Positions 1 through 8,205 of a stretch of DNA of 64,000 nucleotides are shown here, piece after piece (positions within the stretch are counted from its first letter, which is position 1; the number at the start of each line of letters is the position of its first letter). This stretch comes from a virus. A program made the position numbers and the translations under genes. The stretch lies in the IMG/VR virus record IMGVR_UViG_3300017752_000006. One strand, written 5' to 3'. The notes below the pieces were generated by a model. That model worked only from the letters and a program-made list of their open reading frames with translations. It searched no databases and was not told the origin of the DNA.

Positions 1-213
1 ACTATTGAACCTGTAGAGGATAACAGGTATGATCCTCAGTATGACCAATCCATTGTTGATTTAGATGATACCCGGAAAACACGATTAAGTTTAAGCCAAA
101 TAAATCGTGCTCGTAAGGCAGCTGAACTACATACAACTGAGAAGGCTAAAGAAATAGACTTTGTAAGACAAATGTATGGACTAGCAGCACAAGCTGAGGC
201 GGCCGGAGTATGA
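1..213 (+). CDS. Partial (5'-truncated) conserved hypothetical phage protein
   Basis: Frame 1 open from window edge: TIEPVEDNRYDPQYDQSIVDLDDTRKTRLSLSQINRARKAAELH...MYG...GV, TGA at 211-213; absent from ORF track because start lies outside window. Confidence 0.7.
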   Translation, partial: TIEPVEDNRYDPQYDQSIVDLDDTRKTRLSLSQINRARKAAELHTTEKAKEIDFVRQMYGLAAQAEAAGV

Positions 214-216
214 TAA

Positions 217-942
217 TTGGCAAAACTAGATAAAAGATTATACACTAAAGAACAATGGCACCAGCTAAGAGCTCAGCGTAAATTAGATAAAGCTAAAAAA
301 CGTGCAAATAAATCTATAATAGATCCCGAACAAGTAGAGAAAGTACAAATATATAAAAAGCATAGCAATGCTTTTGTAATTGGTAATGGTACGAGTAGAT
401 CACCTATTAATATAGAAGATCTTTCTACTCTAGGTAACACATATGGGTGTAATGCATTGTATAGAACATTTTCGCCTGATTATCTTGTTGCTGTAGATGT
501 AAAAATGATATTAGAAATATCAAAGCATGGATATCAAAGAAAGCACAATGTTTGGACTAATCCTAACAAGGCTTACACACGTATACAAGATTTAAATACT
601 TTTAATCCGAGTAAAGGATGGTCAAGCGGCCCAACAGCATTATGGTTAGCTAGTCAACATGGTTATGATAGGATTTATATATTAGGTTTTGATTATCGTG
701 GTATAAATGATAAATTTAACAATGTATATGCAGATACCCCTAACTACAAAAAGAGCGAAGATGGTGCAACTTTTTTCGGAAATTGGTTACGTCAAACAGT
801 ATCTGTAATTAAAGAACACAGAAATATTCAATATGTAAGGGTAATAGCGTCTGATAATTATTGTCCTGAACAACTAAATAAATTTGATAACTTTACAACA
901 ATCACAGTAGATGATTTTATGAAAACACACCAGCTTTCTTAG
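217..942 (+). CDS. DUF115/MptE-like (Maf/glycosyltransferase-like) domain protein with basic N-terminal extension
   Basis: Motifs AFVIGNGTSR, YGCNALYR, PDYLVAVD, WSSGPTALWLA, IYILGFD; TTG start. Confidence 0.55.
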   Translation: MAKLDKRLYTKEQWHQLRAQRKLDKAKKRANKSIIDPEQVEKVQIYKKHSNAFVIGNGTSRSPINIEDLSTLGNTYGCNALYRTFSPDYLVAVDVKMILEISKHGYQRKHNVWTNPNKAYTRIQDLNTFNPSKGWSSGPTALWLASQHGYDRIYILGFDYRGINDKFNNVYADTPNYKKSEDGATFFGNWLRQTVSVIKEHRNIQYVRVIASDNYCPEQLNKFDNFTTITVDDFMKTHQLS

Positions 943-946
943 GTTG

Positions 947-978
947 TAGCCAAAACGAGCCGTTTTTGGCCTATTTCT
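947..978 (+). terminator. Possible intrinsic terminator hairpin
   Basis: GCCAAAACG-AGC-CGTTTTTGGC (one bulge) just after the stop at 942, weak U tract. Confidence 0.3.
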
Positions 979-1000
979 ACACACATTTTCCTCATATATG

Positions 1001-1006
1001 TAAATA
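1001..1006 (+). promoter_or_regulatory. T4-type late promoter core (TAAATA) for head operon
   Basis: TAAATA upstream of AGGAG SD and ATG 1052; T4 late consensus is TATAAATA. Confidence 0.7.
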
Positions 1007-1051
1007 CAGTTGACAGCCTTACCATAGGTATAACATTTATAGGAGATAAAA

Positions 1052-2065
1052 ATGGCAGATACAAACAAATTTGAAGAGATGCTTGAGCATCTTGTAAATA
1101 ACGACCGTGCTAAAGCGGAAGAGTTATTCCACGAAATTGTAGTGGCAAAATCAAGAGATATTTATGAAAACATCTTAACTGATGATGTTAACGACGAAGA
1201 AGTTGACGAAGCATCAAAAGATGATGACAAAGAAGTTGACGAAGCATCAAAAGATGATGACGATGAAACTAATGAAGCAACTGACGAAGAAGTAGATGAG
1301 TCAGATGACGAAGAAGTTGACGAAGCATCAAAGGATGATGACGACGAAACTAATGAAAATTTTAACCTAGATGAGTTTGAAGTTGAAGGCGAGCCAGAAA
1401 TGGACATGGACATGGACATGGATGCTGACATGGGCGGAGACGCTGGTGACAAAATGGCAATGGATATGGGTGACGAAGGTGACTCAGATGAGCCAGCAAC
1501 GAAAGGCGACATCATGGATTTAGAAGCCGAACTTGAAGACCTTAAAGCAGAATTGGAAGATATGCTAGGTGATAAAGATGGCGACGAAGATGACATGGGC
1601 GACGAAGATGAAGAAGGCGAAGAAGGCGATGCTGATATGGATATGGATGCAGACGCTGAAGAAGAGTCTTATAACTTTGAAGCAAATGACGAAGAAGTAG
1701 ACGAAGCTAGTGACGACGAAGAAGTTGAAGAAGTAGCTAAATCTGCAGGTGAGCAAATGCGTGAATATGTTGAAAAAGTATCAGCTACAATGGGTGACAA
1801 TGGTGCAAACGCTAAATCAGTCGTAGCAGGTAAAAATGACATGGGCGGCACTGCTTCAAACTTGGTAAAAGGCGGAGAAGCTGACACAAAAGGAACAACA
1901 GGCGGAGTAGCTGCAAATTCAACAAAAGAAGATAATGCAGGAAACGTTAACGTACCTGGAGGAAAAGCATCAAAATCAATGTCTAATATGCCAAAAGGCC
2001 ACGGCGCTGAGAAAAAAGGCCAAGGCGACACAGCTGACAATAAAAAGTCAATGATTGGCAGCTAA
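1052..2065 (+). CDS. Highly acidic low-complexity protein, probable prohead core/internal scaffold-type protein
   Basis: AGGAG SD; D/E-rich central region; directly upstream of gp21-gp22-gp23, where T4 has small core proteins. Confidence 0.55.
   Translation: MADTNKFEEMLEHLVNNDRAKAEELFHEIVVAKSRDIYENILTDDVNDEEVDEASKDDDKEVDEASKDDDDETNEATDEEVDESDDEEVDEASKDDDDETNENFNLDEFEVEGEPEMDMDMDMDADMGGDAGDKMAMDMGDEGDSDEPATKGDIMDLEAELEDLKAELEDMLGDKDGDEDDMGDEDEEGEEGDADMDMDADAEEESYNFEANDEEVDEASDDEEVEEVAKSAGEQMREYVEKVSATMGDNGANAKSVVAGKNDMGGTASNLVKGGEADTKGTTGGVAANSTKEDNAGNVNVPGGKASKSMSNMPKGHGAEKKGQGDTADNKKSMIGS
1192..1357 (+). repeat. Coding direct repeats (EVDEASKDDD x3)
   Basis: 30-nt unit gaagttgacgaagcatcaaa(a/g)gatgatgac at 1199, 1232 and 1313. 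Confidence 0.85.
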
Positions 2066-2080
2066 ATTTAGGAACGATGG

Positions 2081-2710
2081 ATGAAAACTAATCTATTAAG
2101 AGAACACCTGACATTCGATCAAGCCCAAATGGTGGTTGAGAATGCCAACGATGGCAAAGACCTTTTTATGAAAGGAATTTGTATACAAGGCGGAGTACGC
2201 AATGCTAATCAGCGTGTGTACCCTGTAAATGAAATTGGCAGGGCTGTCAAAACTCTCAATGATCAAGTAAGCGGAGGATATTCAGTTCTCGGAGAAGTTG
2301 ATCATCCTGAAGGACTTAATATTAACCTGGATAGAGTTAGCCACATGATAACTGAAATGTGGATGGACGGTCCAAATGGTTATGGAAAGATGAAAATTTT
2401 ACCAACACCGATGGGAAACCTAGTTAGCACAATGATTCAATCAGGTGTGAAACTAGGTGTCTCGTCAAGAGGTTCTGGTAACGTTAGTGAAAGCGGTAAC
2501 GGAGAAGTTTCCGACTTTGAAATTATAACGGTAGACGTTGTTGCACAACCTAGTGCACCTGGCGCATACCCAACACCAATCTACGAGCATCTAATGAATG
2601 CACGTGGCGGAATGCAGGCTTACGAATTAGCACAGGCTACAAAACACGACACAAAGGCACAAAAATATCTAAAAGAATCGCTGATTAACATAATCAGTCG
2701 ACTCCAATAA
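2081..2710 (+). CDS. gp21: Prohead core protease (T4 gp21-like)
   Basis: GICIQGGVRNANQRVYP, LGEVDHP, KLGVSSRGSG, TVDVVAQPSAPGAYP motifs; synteny with scaffold and capsid. Confidence 0.95.
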   Translation: MKTNLLREHLTFDQAQMVVENANDGKDLFMKGICIQGGVRNANQRVYPVNEIGRAVKTLNDQVSGGYSVLGEVDHPEGLNINLDRVSHMITEMWMDGPNGYGKMKILPTPMGNLVSTMIQSGVKLGVSSRGSGNVSESGNGEVSDFEIITVDVVAQPSAPGAYPTPIYEHLMNARGGMQAYELAQATKHDTKAQKYLKESLINIISRLQ

Positions 2711-2722
2711 AAGGAGAATAAT

Positions 2723-3817
2723 ATGTTGGATGCACTAAAAACACTTTTTGAAAATGACGTAGTTTCCGAAGAAGTGCGCCACGAAATCGAAGAAGCTTGG
2801 AACCAGAGGATTAAAGAAAATCGTCAAACGGTTACAGCAGAACTTCGCGAAGAGTTCGCCCAAAAGTATGAACATGACAAATCAACAATGGTAGAGGCTA
2901 TTGACTCTATGGTTAGTGAACGTCTAACTTCAGAAATTGAAGAATTTGCCGATGATCGTAAACAACTAGCGGAGGCAAAAGCAAAGTATGCTGTTGCTAT
3001 GCGTGAAAATGCAACTCTATTAAGAGGATTTGTAGTTGAATCATTAGCGAAGGAAGTAAACGAACTTCACGAAGATCAAAAGAGTATGGCTAGCAAGTTT
3101 AGTATGCTCGAAGATTTTGTTGTCGAATCACTTGCAAAAGAAATTGCAGAGTTCAATGAAGATAAAAAAGACCTAGCAGAAACGAAAGTAAGATTAATTC
3201 GTGAAGCTAAAGGACACTTCAAGGAGCTTAAAACTAAGTTCGTTGAAAAGAGTGCGGCAAAAGTAGCTTCTATTACTGACAAAGTTTTAAATAACGAAAT
3301 TGGTCAGCTAAAAGAAGATATTGAAGCAGCACGTAAAAATGATTTTGGGCGTAAACTGTTTGAAGCATTTGCCGCAGAATATGGCAATAGCTATCTTAAT
3401 GAAAATTCAGAGACTGCAAAGTTAATGAAAGTTATTAAGATCAAAGACAAGCAGCTAACAGAAGCTAAAAAAGCGGTTGTAGAAAAGCAAACCTTAGCAG
3501 AAGCTAAACAAGCTGAAATCAAACGTATGGCTAATAAAGCTCAAAGAAAAGAAGTAATTTCCGAATTAACTGCACCCCTAAACAGGGATCAAAAAGAAAT
3601 TATGATAGATTTACTGGAATCGGTTCAAACTGCCAAACTTAAGACACAGTTTGACAAGTATCTACCGGCGGTCATTGACGGTAAAACTCCAGAAAAGAAG
3701 GCAACACTGACAGAAGGCACATCACATACAGGCAATAGAGAAGAAACAAAAAGTCATGACAATGCAAGCAAAGATAACAACGTCGTTGATATCCGTAGAC
3801 TTGCAGGATTAAATTAA
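2723..3817 (+). CDS. gp22: Prohead core scaffold protein (T4 gp22-like)
   Basis: E/K-rich coiled-coil protein between protease and major capsid gene. Confidence 0.85.
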   Translation: MLDALKTLFENDVVSEEVRHEIEEAWNQRIKENRQTVTAELREEFAQKYEHDKSTMVEAIDSMVSERLTSEIEEFADDRKQLAEAKAKYAVAMRENATLLRGFVVESLAKEVNELHEDQKSMASKFSMLEDFVVESLAKEIAEFNEDKKDLAETKVRLIREAKGHFKELKTKFVEKSAAKVASITDKVLNNEIGQLKEDIEAARKNDFGRKLFEAFAAEYGNSYLNENSETAKLMKVIKIKDKQLTEAKKAVVEKQTLAEAKQAEIKRMANKAQRKEVISELTAPLNRDQKEIMIDLLESVQTAKLKTQFDKYLPAVIDGKTPEKKATLTEGTSHTGNREETKSHDNASKDNNVVDIRRLAGLN

Positions 3818-3828
3818 GGAGAAACCAA

Positions 3829-5001
3829 ATGTCAGAACTACTAGAAAGTCGCTGGCAGGACACCAAAACTGCACTTCTTGAAGGCCTTCAAGGCACAAAG
3901 AAACAGGTAATGGCAAGCACTCTTGAAAATACTCGCAAGTATCTTTCAGAGACAGCCACTGCAGGTGCTACCTCAGCCGGTAATGTTGCAACTCTTAACA
4001 GAGTTATTTTACCAGTCATCAGACGTGTAATGCCAACTGTGATCGCAAACGAGATCGTTGGTGTTCAGCCTATGACAGGACCAGTGGGCCAAATCCACAC
4101 ACTAAGAGTACGCTACTCAGATACAGCAGGCACAGGTGCCAGCGGTGCAGTAGCAGGTGAAGAAGCACTTTCACCATTCAAGATTGCGGAAGCATATTCA
4201 GGTAATGCCACTAGTGGTAAAGCCGATGCAACTGCTGCACTTGAAGGGGCAGCTGGAAACAGAATGTCAATTCAGATCTTGAAACAAACTGTAGAAGCAA
4301 AAACTAGAAAGCTATCAGCTCGCTGGACTTTTGAATCTGCACAAGACGCACAGTCACAGCATGGTATCGACGTTGAAGCAGAAATCATGGCTGCTTTAGC
4401 ACAAGAAATTACTGCTGAAATTGACCAAGAAATTCTTGGTTCACTTTCTACACTAGCAGGAACTGGTACAGATACATTTGACCAGGCTGCAGTGTCAGGT
4501 ACAGCTACTTTCGTTGGTGACGAACATGCAGCACTTGCAGTTCTAGTTAACAGAGCAGCAAACAGAATTGCACAGAGAACACGTAGAGGCGCAGGTAACT
4601 GGGCTGTTGTATCTCCTGCAATCTTAACTGTGCTACAAAGTGCAACTACTTCTGCGTTTGCAAGAACAACTGAAGGTACTTTTGAAGCTCCAACAAACAC
4701 TAAATTCGTTGGCACATTAAATAACGCAATGAAAATTTACGTTAACACATATGCTGCAGACGATGATGTACTTGTTGGTTACAAAGGCTCAAGCGAGTCA
4801 GATGCAGCGGCATTCTATTGCCCATACATCCCGCTAATGAGCTCAGGCGTTGTGTTAGACCCAACATCATTCGAGCCAGTCGTATCATTTATGACACGTT
4901 ACGGATATGTTGAGTTATCAAACACAGCTTCATCGCTTGGTAACGCTGCTGACTACTTAGAAAAAGTAGAAGTAACAGCAGGAAACCTAAGCTTCAGCTA
5001 A
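3829..5001 (+). CDS. gp23: Major capsid protein (T4 gp23-like)
   Basis: VGVQPMTGPVGQIHTLRVRY, VEAKTRKLSARWTFE, AQEITAEIDQE, FYCPYIPL, FMTRYG motifs. Confidence 0.97.
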   Translation: MSELLESRWQDTKTALLEGLQGTKKQVMASTLENTRKYLSETATAGATSAGNVATLNRVILPVIRRVMPTVIANEIVGVQPMTGPVGQIHTLRVRYSDTAGTGASGAVAGEEALSPFKIAEAYSGNATSGKADATAALEGAAGNRMSIQILKQTVEAKTRKLSARWTFESAQDAQSQHGIDVEAEIMAALAQEITAEIDQEILGSLSTLAGTGTDTFDQAAVSGTATFVGDEHAALAVLVNRAANRIAQRTRRGAGNWAVVSPAILTVLQSATTSAFARTTEGTFEAPTNTKFVGTLNNAMKIYVNTYAADDDVLVGYKGSSESDAAAFYCPYIPLMSSGVVLDPTSFEPVVSFMTRYGYVELSNTASSLGNAADYLEKVEVTAGNLSFS

Positions 5002-5018
5002 GAATAACAAATACTTTC

Positions 5019-5047
5019 AAAATAGGCGCTACGGCGCCTATTTTTTT
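5019..5047 (+). terminator. Intrinsic terminator after major capsid gene
   Basis: AAAATAGGCGC-TACG-GCGCCTATTTT stem with c(UACG)g tetraloop, then T run. Confidence 0.92.
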
Positions 5048-5080
5048 GACTTCTAAAAACATACCTTTTTCCTTTTCGGA

Positions 5081-5086
5081 TAAATA
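5081..5086 (+). promoter_or_regulatory. Late promoter core (GATAAATA)
   Basis: TAAATA just downstream of the capsid terminator. Confidence 0.7.
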
Positions 5087-5100
5087 CTTGTGTCAGATAG

Positions 5101-5162
5101 TGTGCCGCAAGGCGGACTTATGCTGTACCCACAGCGTAGCTCATAGAACGGGCATAGGACTA
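5101..5162 (+). ncRNA. Candidate structured 5' leader RNA
   Basis: GC-rich island in AT-rich genome with three consecutive hairpins: GCC-GCAA-GGC, TATGCTGT-ACCC-ACAGCGTA, GCTC-ATAGAAC-GGGC. Confidence 0.45.
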
Positions 5163-5182
5163 CTTTTTATAGGAGAAAACAA

Positions 5183-5632
5183 ATGGGAAGACCACTTAAT
5201 AAAAGATTGTTTGGAGAGCCAACAGCAGCCGGCAACGAAATCAAAGTAAACTTTCATAACGGCACAGCCGTAAAAGAAGGTTATATTGTAAAGCAAAAAG
5301 GTTCAAAGAAATTTGTATGTGAAGAAATTGAAACAGCAGGCGAATTTACTTGTACACTTACAACTGGAAAATTACCAGCAAACTTAGCAGCAGGTGAAAT
5401 GGCTATTTCATTTAAAATGGATGATGCAGAAACATACACAGTAAGTAAAATTACTGGACGTAAAGCAACATTATCAGCACCTACAGCAACAGGTACAAAC
5501 GCTTATGACGGACTTAGTGTTCCGTGGAACTTTAGCACAAGTACTTCAGATGGTGCGGCACAAGTTGAAGAAGCTGGTGATGATAACACATTAGTTGGCA
5601 CAGACGACGACGACTTCACAGAAGACGCATAA
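5183..5632 (+). CDS. Conserved phage protein following capsid gene (probable virion protein)
   Basis: AGGAG SD, MGRPLNKR N-terminus, late promoter upstream; function not recognised. Confidence 0.75.
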   Translation: MGRPLNKRLFGEPTAAGNEIKVNFHNGTAVKEGYIVKQKGSKKFVCEEIETAGEFTCTLTTGKLPANLAAGEMAISFKMDDAETYTVSKITGRKATLSAPTATGTNAYDGLSVPWNFSTSTSDGAAQVEEAGDDNTLVGTDDDDFTEDA

Positions 5633-5643
5633 GGACTAAATTA

Positions 5644-6006
5644 ATGGAACGACCAGTAAATGTTTTTTGGGATTTTTTAAAGAATCTAAAAAACTTAGTA
5701 GTTTCAGTTAAAATTGGAAACGCTGAGGCAACACCGTATGGTGTTGTCTTAGCCCAACTTAGTGATTCAGAATTTGAAGTTAAAGATGATGATGGCAATC
5801 AAGGTATTTGTAAACTTGTTGCAAAAAAAATTGAAGATTTAAAAGAAAACGAAATGTCTGTTTGGGCATTGTGTTGTAAAACAGTAAACTTTACATTTGT
5901 TAGAAATATTATAGATAATATTATGATAGATTTTAACAATATTGAGTATAACTGGGAACTAGACCACGATTCAACACAAACTTATGTGTTACTTAGGAAA
6001 ATATAG
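5644..6006 (+). CDS. Hypothetical protein
   Basis: AGGA SD, fills the gap between neighbouring genes in operon. Confidence 0.65.
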   Translation: MERPVNVFWDFLKNLKNLVVSVKIGNAEATPYGVVLAQLSDSEFEVKDDDGNQGICKLVAKKIEDLKENEMSVWALCCKTVNFTFVRNIIDNIMIDFNNIEYNWELDHDSTQTYVLLRKI

Positions 6007-7035
6007 ATGTCAAAAGTATTAAGTATAAACGACGGAAACTATACTGTAAAAGTAGAAGCAGGAGGACAAATACTCCTTGACACTGCAAGAGGATCTTTTG
6101 TAAGTGGACAACCTGCTGGAACAGTGATTGTACGAGGAAGTTTAGAAGTTGAAGGCACTACTACAACAGTAGAAAGCAACGATACTTTAATTAACGATAA
6201 TATACTTACACTTAACAATGGACAAGCTGGTGCAGGAATTAGTGCATCTAAAAATTATCAAGCTGGAATAGAAATTGATAGAGGATCTGAATCAAATGCA
6301 AGTTTTGTTTTTGATGACAGTGTGTCGTGGAATATCGGCGGAGATAGCGGAACTGGTGGATTTAAATTTTTTACAGGCAGTGGAGATAAAACTACACTAG
6401 TTGTAGACGGGATTAAAGCAACTTCATCATTGTTTATTGATACTGGAAACAATGCAATAAGCGTTACTAATTCATCATCTTATGAAACAAACGTATTTCC
6501 TTACTCAGGTGGTAGTATTACTGGTGGACCAATAGATGATGATATAATTCCTAATGCTAAAGCTGTTGTTGATTATGTAGCGTTTGCTACAGCTACAGCA
6601 TTGCAAGACAGAATAGAAGAAGGTACTAGTACAAAAACTTTTGTTGAAACAAAAGACTTTGAAGTTACAGGTAGTGCAAGTTCAGTTAACATTGGTGTTG
6701 ATAATGTTATTAAAGCATCATTTTTCGCTGATACAATTGAATTAGGAGATGTAGTTATACAAGGAAGTCAAATTTCGACTTCCAACAGTAACGAAAATTT
6801 ACGTTTAGAATCTCAAGGAACAGGTGGTGTACAAATTAATGATAAATTAATTATTACTTCTACATTACAAGGTGATGATCCTGCCGTTGATCCATTAGCA
6901 CCAGCAACTGGATCAGTAATTTATACAAAAGCCGAAGGCAGTGGTGGAAGTGGACTATATTTTGTAAATAGTAGTAGCACACAAAGCGAATTGATAAGTA
7001 ATAATAGATCATTACTTTACAGTATGATTTTTTAA
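6007..7035 (+). CDS. Virion structural/fibre-like protein
   Basis: G/S/T-rich beta-strand sequence, LEVEGTTTTVES...AGIEIDRG motif typical of phage fibre proteins. Confidence 0.65.
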   Translation: MSKVLSINDGNYTVKVEAGGQILLDTARGSFVSGQPAGTVIVRGSLEVEGTTTTVESNDTLINDNILTLNNGQAGAGISASKNYQAGIEIDRGSESNASFVFDDSVSWNIGGDSGTGGFKFFTGSGDKTTLVVDGIKATSSLFIDTGNNAISVTNSSSYETNVFPYSGGSITGGPIDDDIIPNAKAVVDYVAFATATALQDRIEEGTSTKTFVETKDFEVTGSASSVNIGVDNVIKASFFADTIELGDVVIQGSQISTSNSNENLRLESQGTGGVQINDKLIITSTLQGDDPAVDPLAPATGSVIYTKAEGSGGSGLYFVNSSSTQSELISNNRSLLYSMIF

Positions 7036-7045
7036 AGGAAACAAA

Positions 7046-7372
7046 ATGGCAATAGTAAACGCAAGATTAACAGGATCACAACTTAATGTACTTACAGTAC
7101 CAAGTGGAAAACGTTATGCAATCACTAATATATTAGTTTGTAATAATGCTTCAAGCGGATCGCAAACATTTGACGTGCATTTGATTGCTAATTCTGGAGG
7201 GTCTATAGGTACACTTGATAATAATGTAACAAGAGTAATTGCAAATTTAACATTACCATTTGGAGAAACATTTACATTTGACAGTGAAAAAATTGTACTA
7301 GAAGCAGGCGACACTGTATCCTTAGTTGGACACGCAGATTTAGCAACCACAGTAAGTTATTTGGAAGTGTAA
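7046..7372 (+). CDS. Small fibre-associated protein (paralog family with 15766 and 30833)
   Basis: AAGGA SD; TVPSGKRYAITNILVCN ... LEAGD ... VSYLEV pattern shared with two other ~108-aa ORFs. Confidence 0.7.
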   Translation: MAIVNARLTGSQLNVLTVPSGKRYAITNILVCNNASSGSQTFDVHLIANSGGSIGTLDNNVTRVIANLTLPFGETFTFDSEKIVLEAGDTVSLVGHADLATTVSYLEV

Positions 7373-8175
7373 TGAGATTAATTAAAGCTCAAAATACAAA
7401 TTTGAGAAACATCTACGGTAAAGGTGTAAAGTATGATGTAAACGATCAAGTCATACTTGACAGCACAAATACTGTGTTAGTTCCAAGTGGAACAACAGCT
7501 CAACGACCTTCTTCTCCAGTAAACGGACATATGAGGTACAATACAACTGACGCAAGATTTGAAATATACGAAAATAATAAATGGGACGGATTAAAAGTAG
7601 CTGCTCCATCAACTGCTGCACCTATTTTACAACAAAATTTAGGAAGCGGAGATGCAGTAGAAACTATCTTTGGACCACTTGATAGCGGAGATACTTTTTA
7701 TCCTGTACCGGCAGCTGCACAAAATGTTCTGGTGTTTGTGGAAAATGTTTTTCAAATATCAGGAACAAACTACACACTAGTACAAAACCCAGGTGCAAGA
7801 AATACAATTACAAGTATAGTAAGTATTGGTGCTACTACGGTTATAGAAACAGCAACAGCACACGGATTTACTACTGACGATTTGATATATGTAAGTGGAG
7901 TTGAAAGCACAATTGACGATGCTGTAGAAAATTTAAACACTGATGATTCAAGTTCACCAGGCAGTCATACTATTACAAGTATCCCTTCAACCACAAGAAT
8001 AGAAATTGCTGTTGACACAGCAGGTGGTAATCTAGCAAACTATGTATCAGGTACTGGATTCATACTAAAATCAGGTACCTCTACAGGACCATATTTGCCA
8101 GGTTATTATTTACAGTTTACATCTGCACCTGACCTTGATAAACCTATCACAGTACTACATAACTTCGACAAGTAA
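7372..8175 (+). CDS. Virion structural protein
   Basis: VPSGTTAQRP...GHMRYNTT fibre motif and AHGFTTDDLIYVSGV beta-barrel module; TAATG coupling to the upstream gene. Confidence 0.7.
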   Translation: MRLIKAQNTNLRNIYGKGVKYDVNDQVILDSTNTVLVPSGTTAQRPSSPVNGHMRYNTTDARFEIYENNKWDGLKVAAPSTAAPILQQNLGSGDAVETIFGPLDSGDTFYPVPAAAQNVLVFVENVFQISGTNYTLVQNPGARNTITSIVSIGATTVIETATAHGFTTDDLIYVSGVESTIDDAVENLNTDDSSSPGSHTITSIPSTTRIEIAVDTAGGNLANYVSGTGFILKSGTSTGPYLPGYYLQFTSAPDLDKPITVLHNFDK

Positions 8176-8180
8176 TACAA

Positions 8181-8186
8181 TAAATA
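8181..8186 (+). promoter_or_regulatory. Late promoter core
   Basis: AATAAATA before GGGAG SD and TTG start 8206. Confidence 0.65.
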
Positions 8187-8205
8187 CTGTGTCGGGAGAA
8201 TTAAT

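Noticed and set aside
1192-1357. 30-33 nt repeats considered as a CRISPR array
   Set aside because: In-frame coding repeats, no unique spacers of regular length, no cas genes
1162-2040. Ser-rich antisense ORFs over the acidic protein
   Set aside because: Reverse complement of GAA/GAT/GAC repeats; shadow ORFs
5046-5249. 67-aa ORF spanning the structured leader
   Set aside because: TTG start inside the terminator T-run, upstream of the promoter, no SD, overlaps the real gene out of frame
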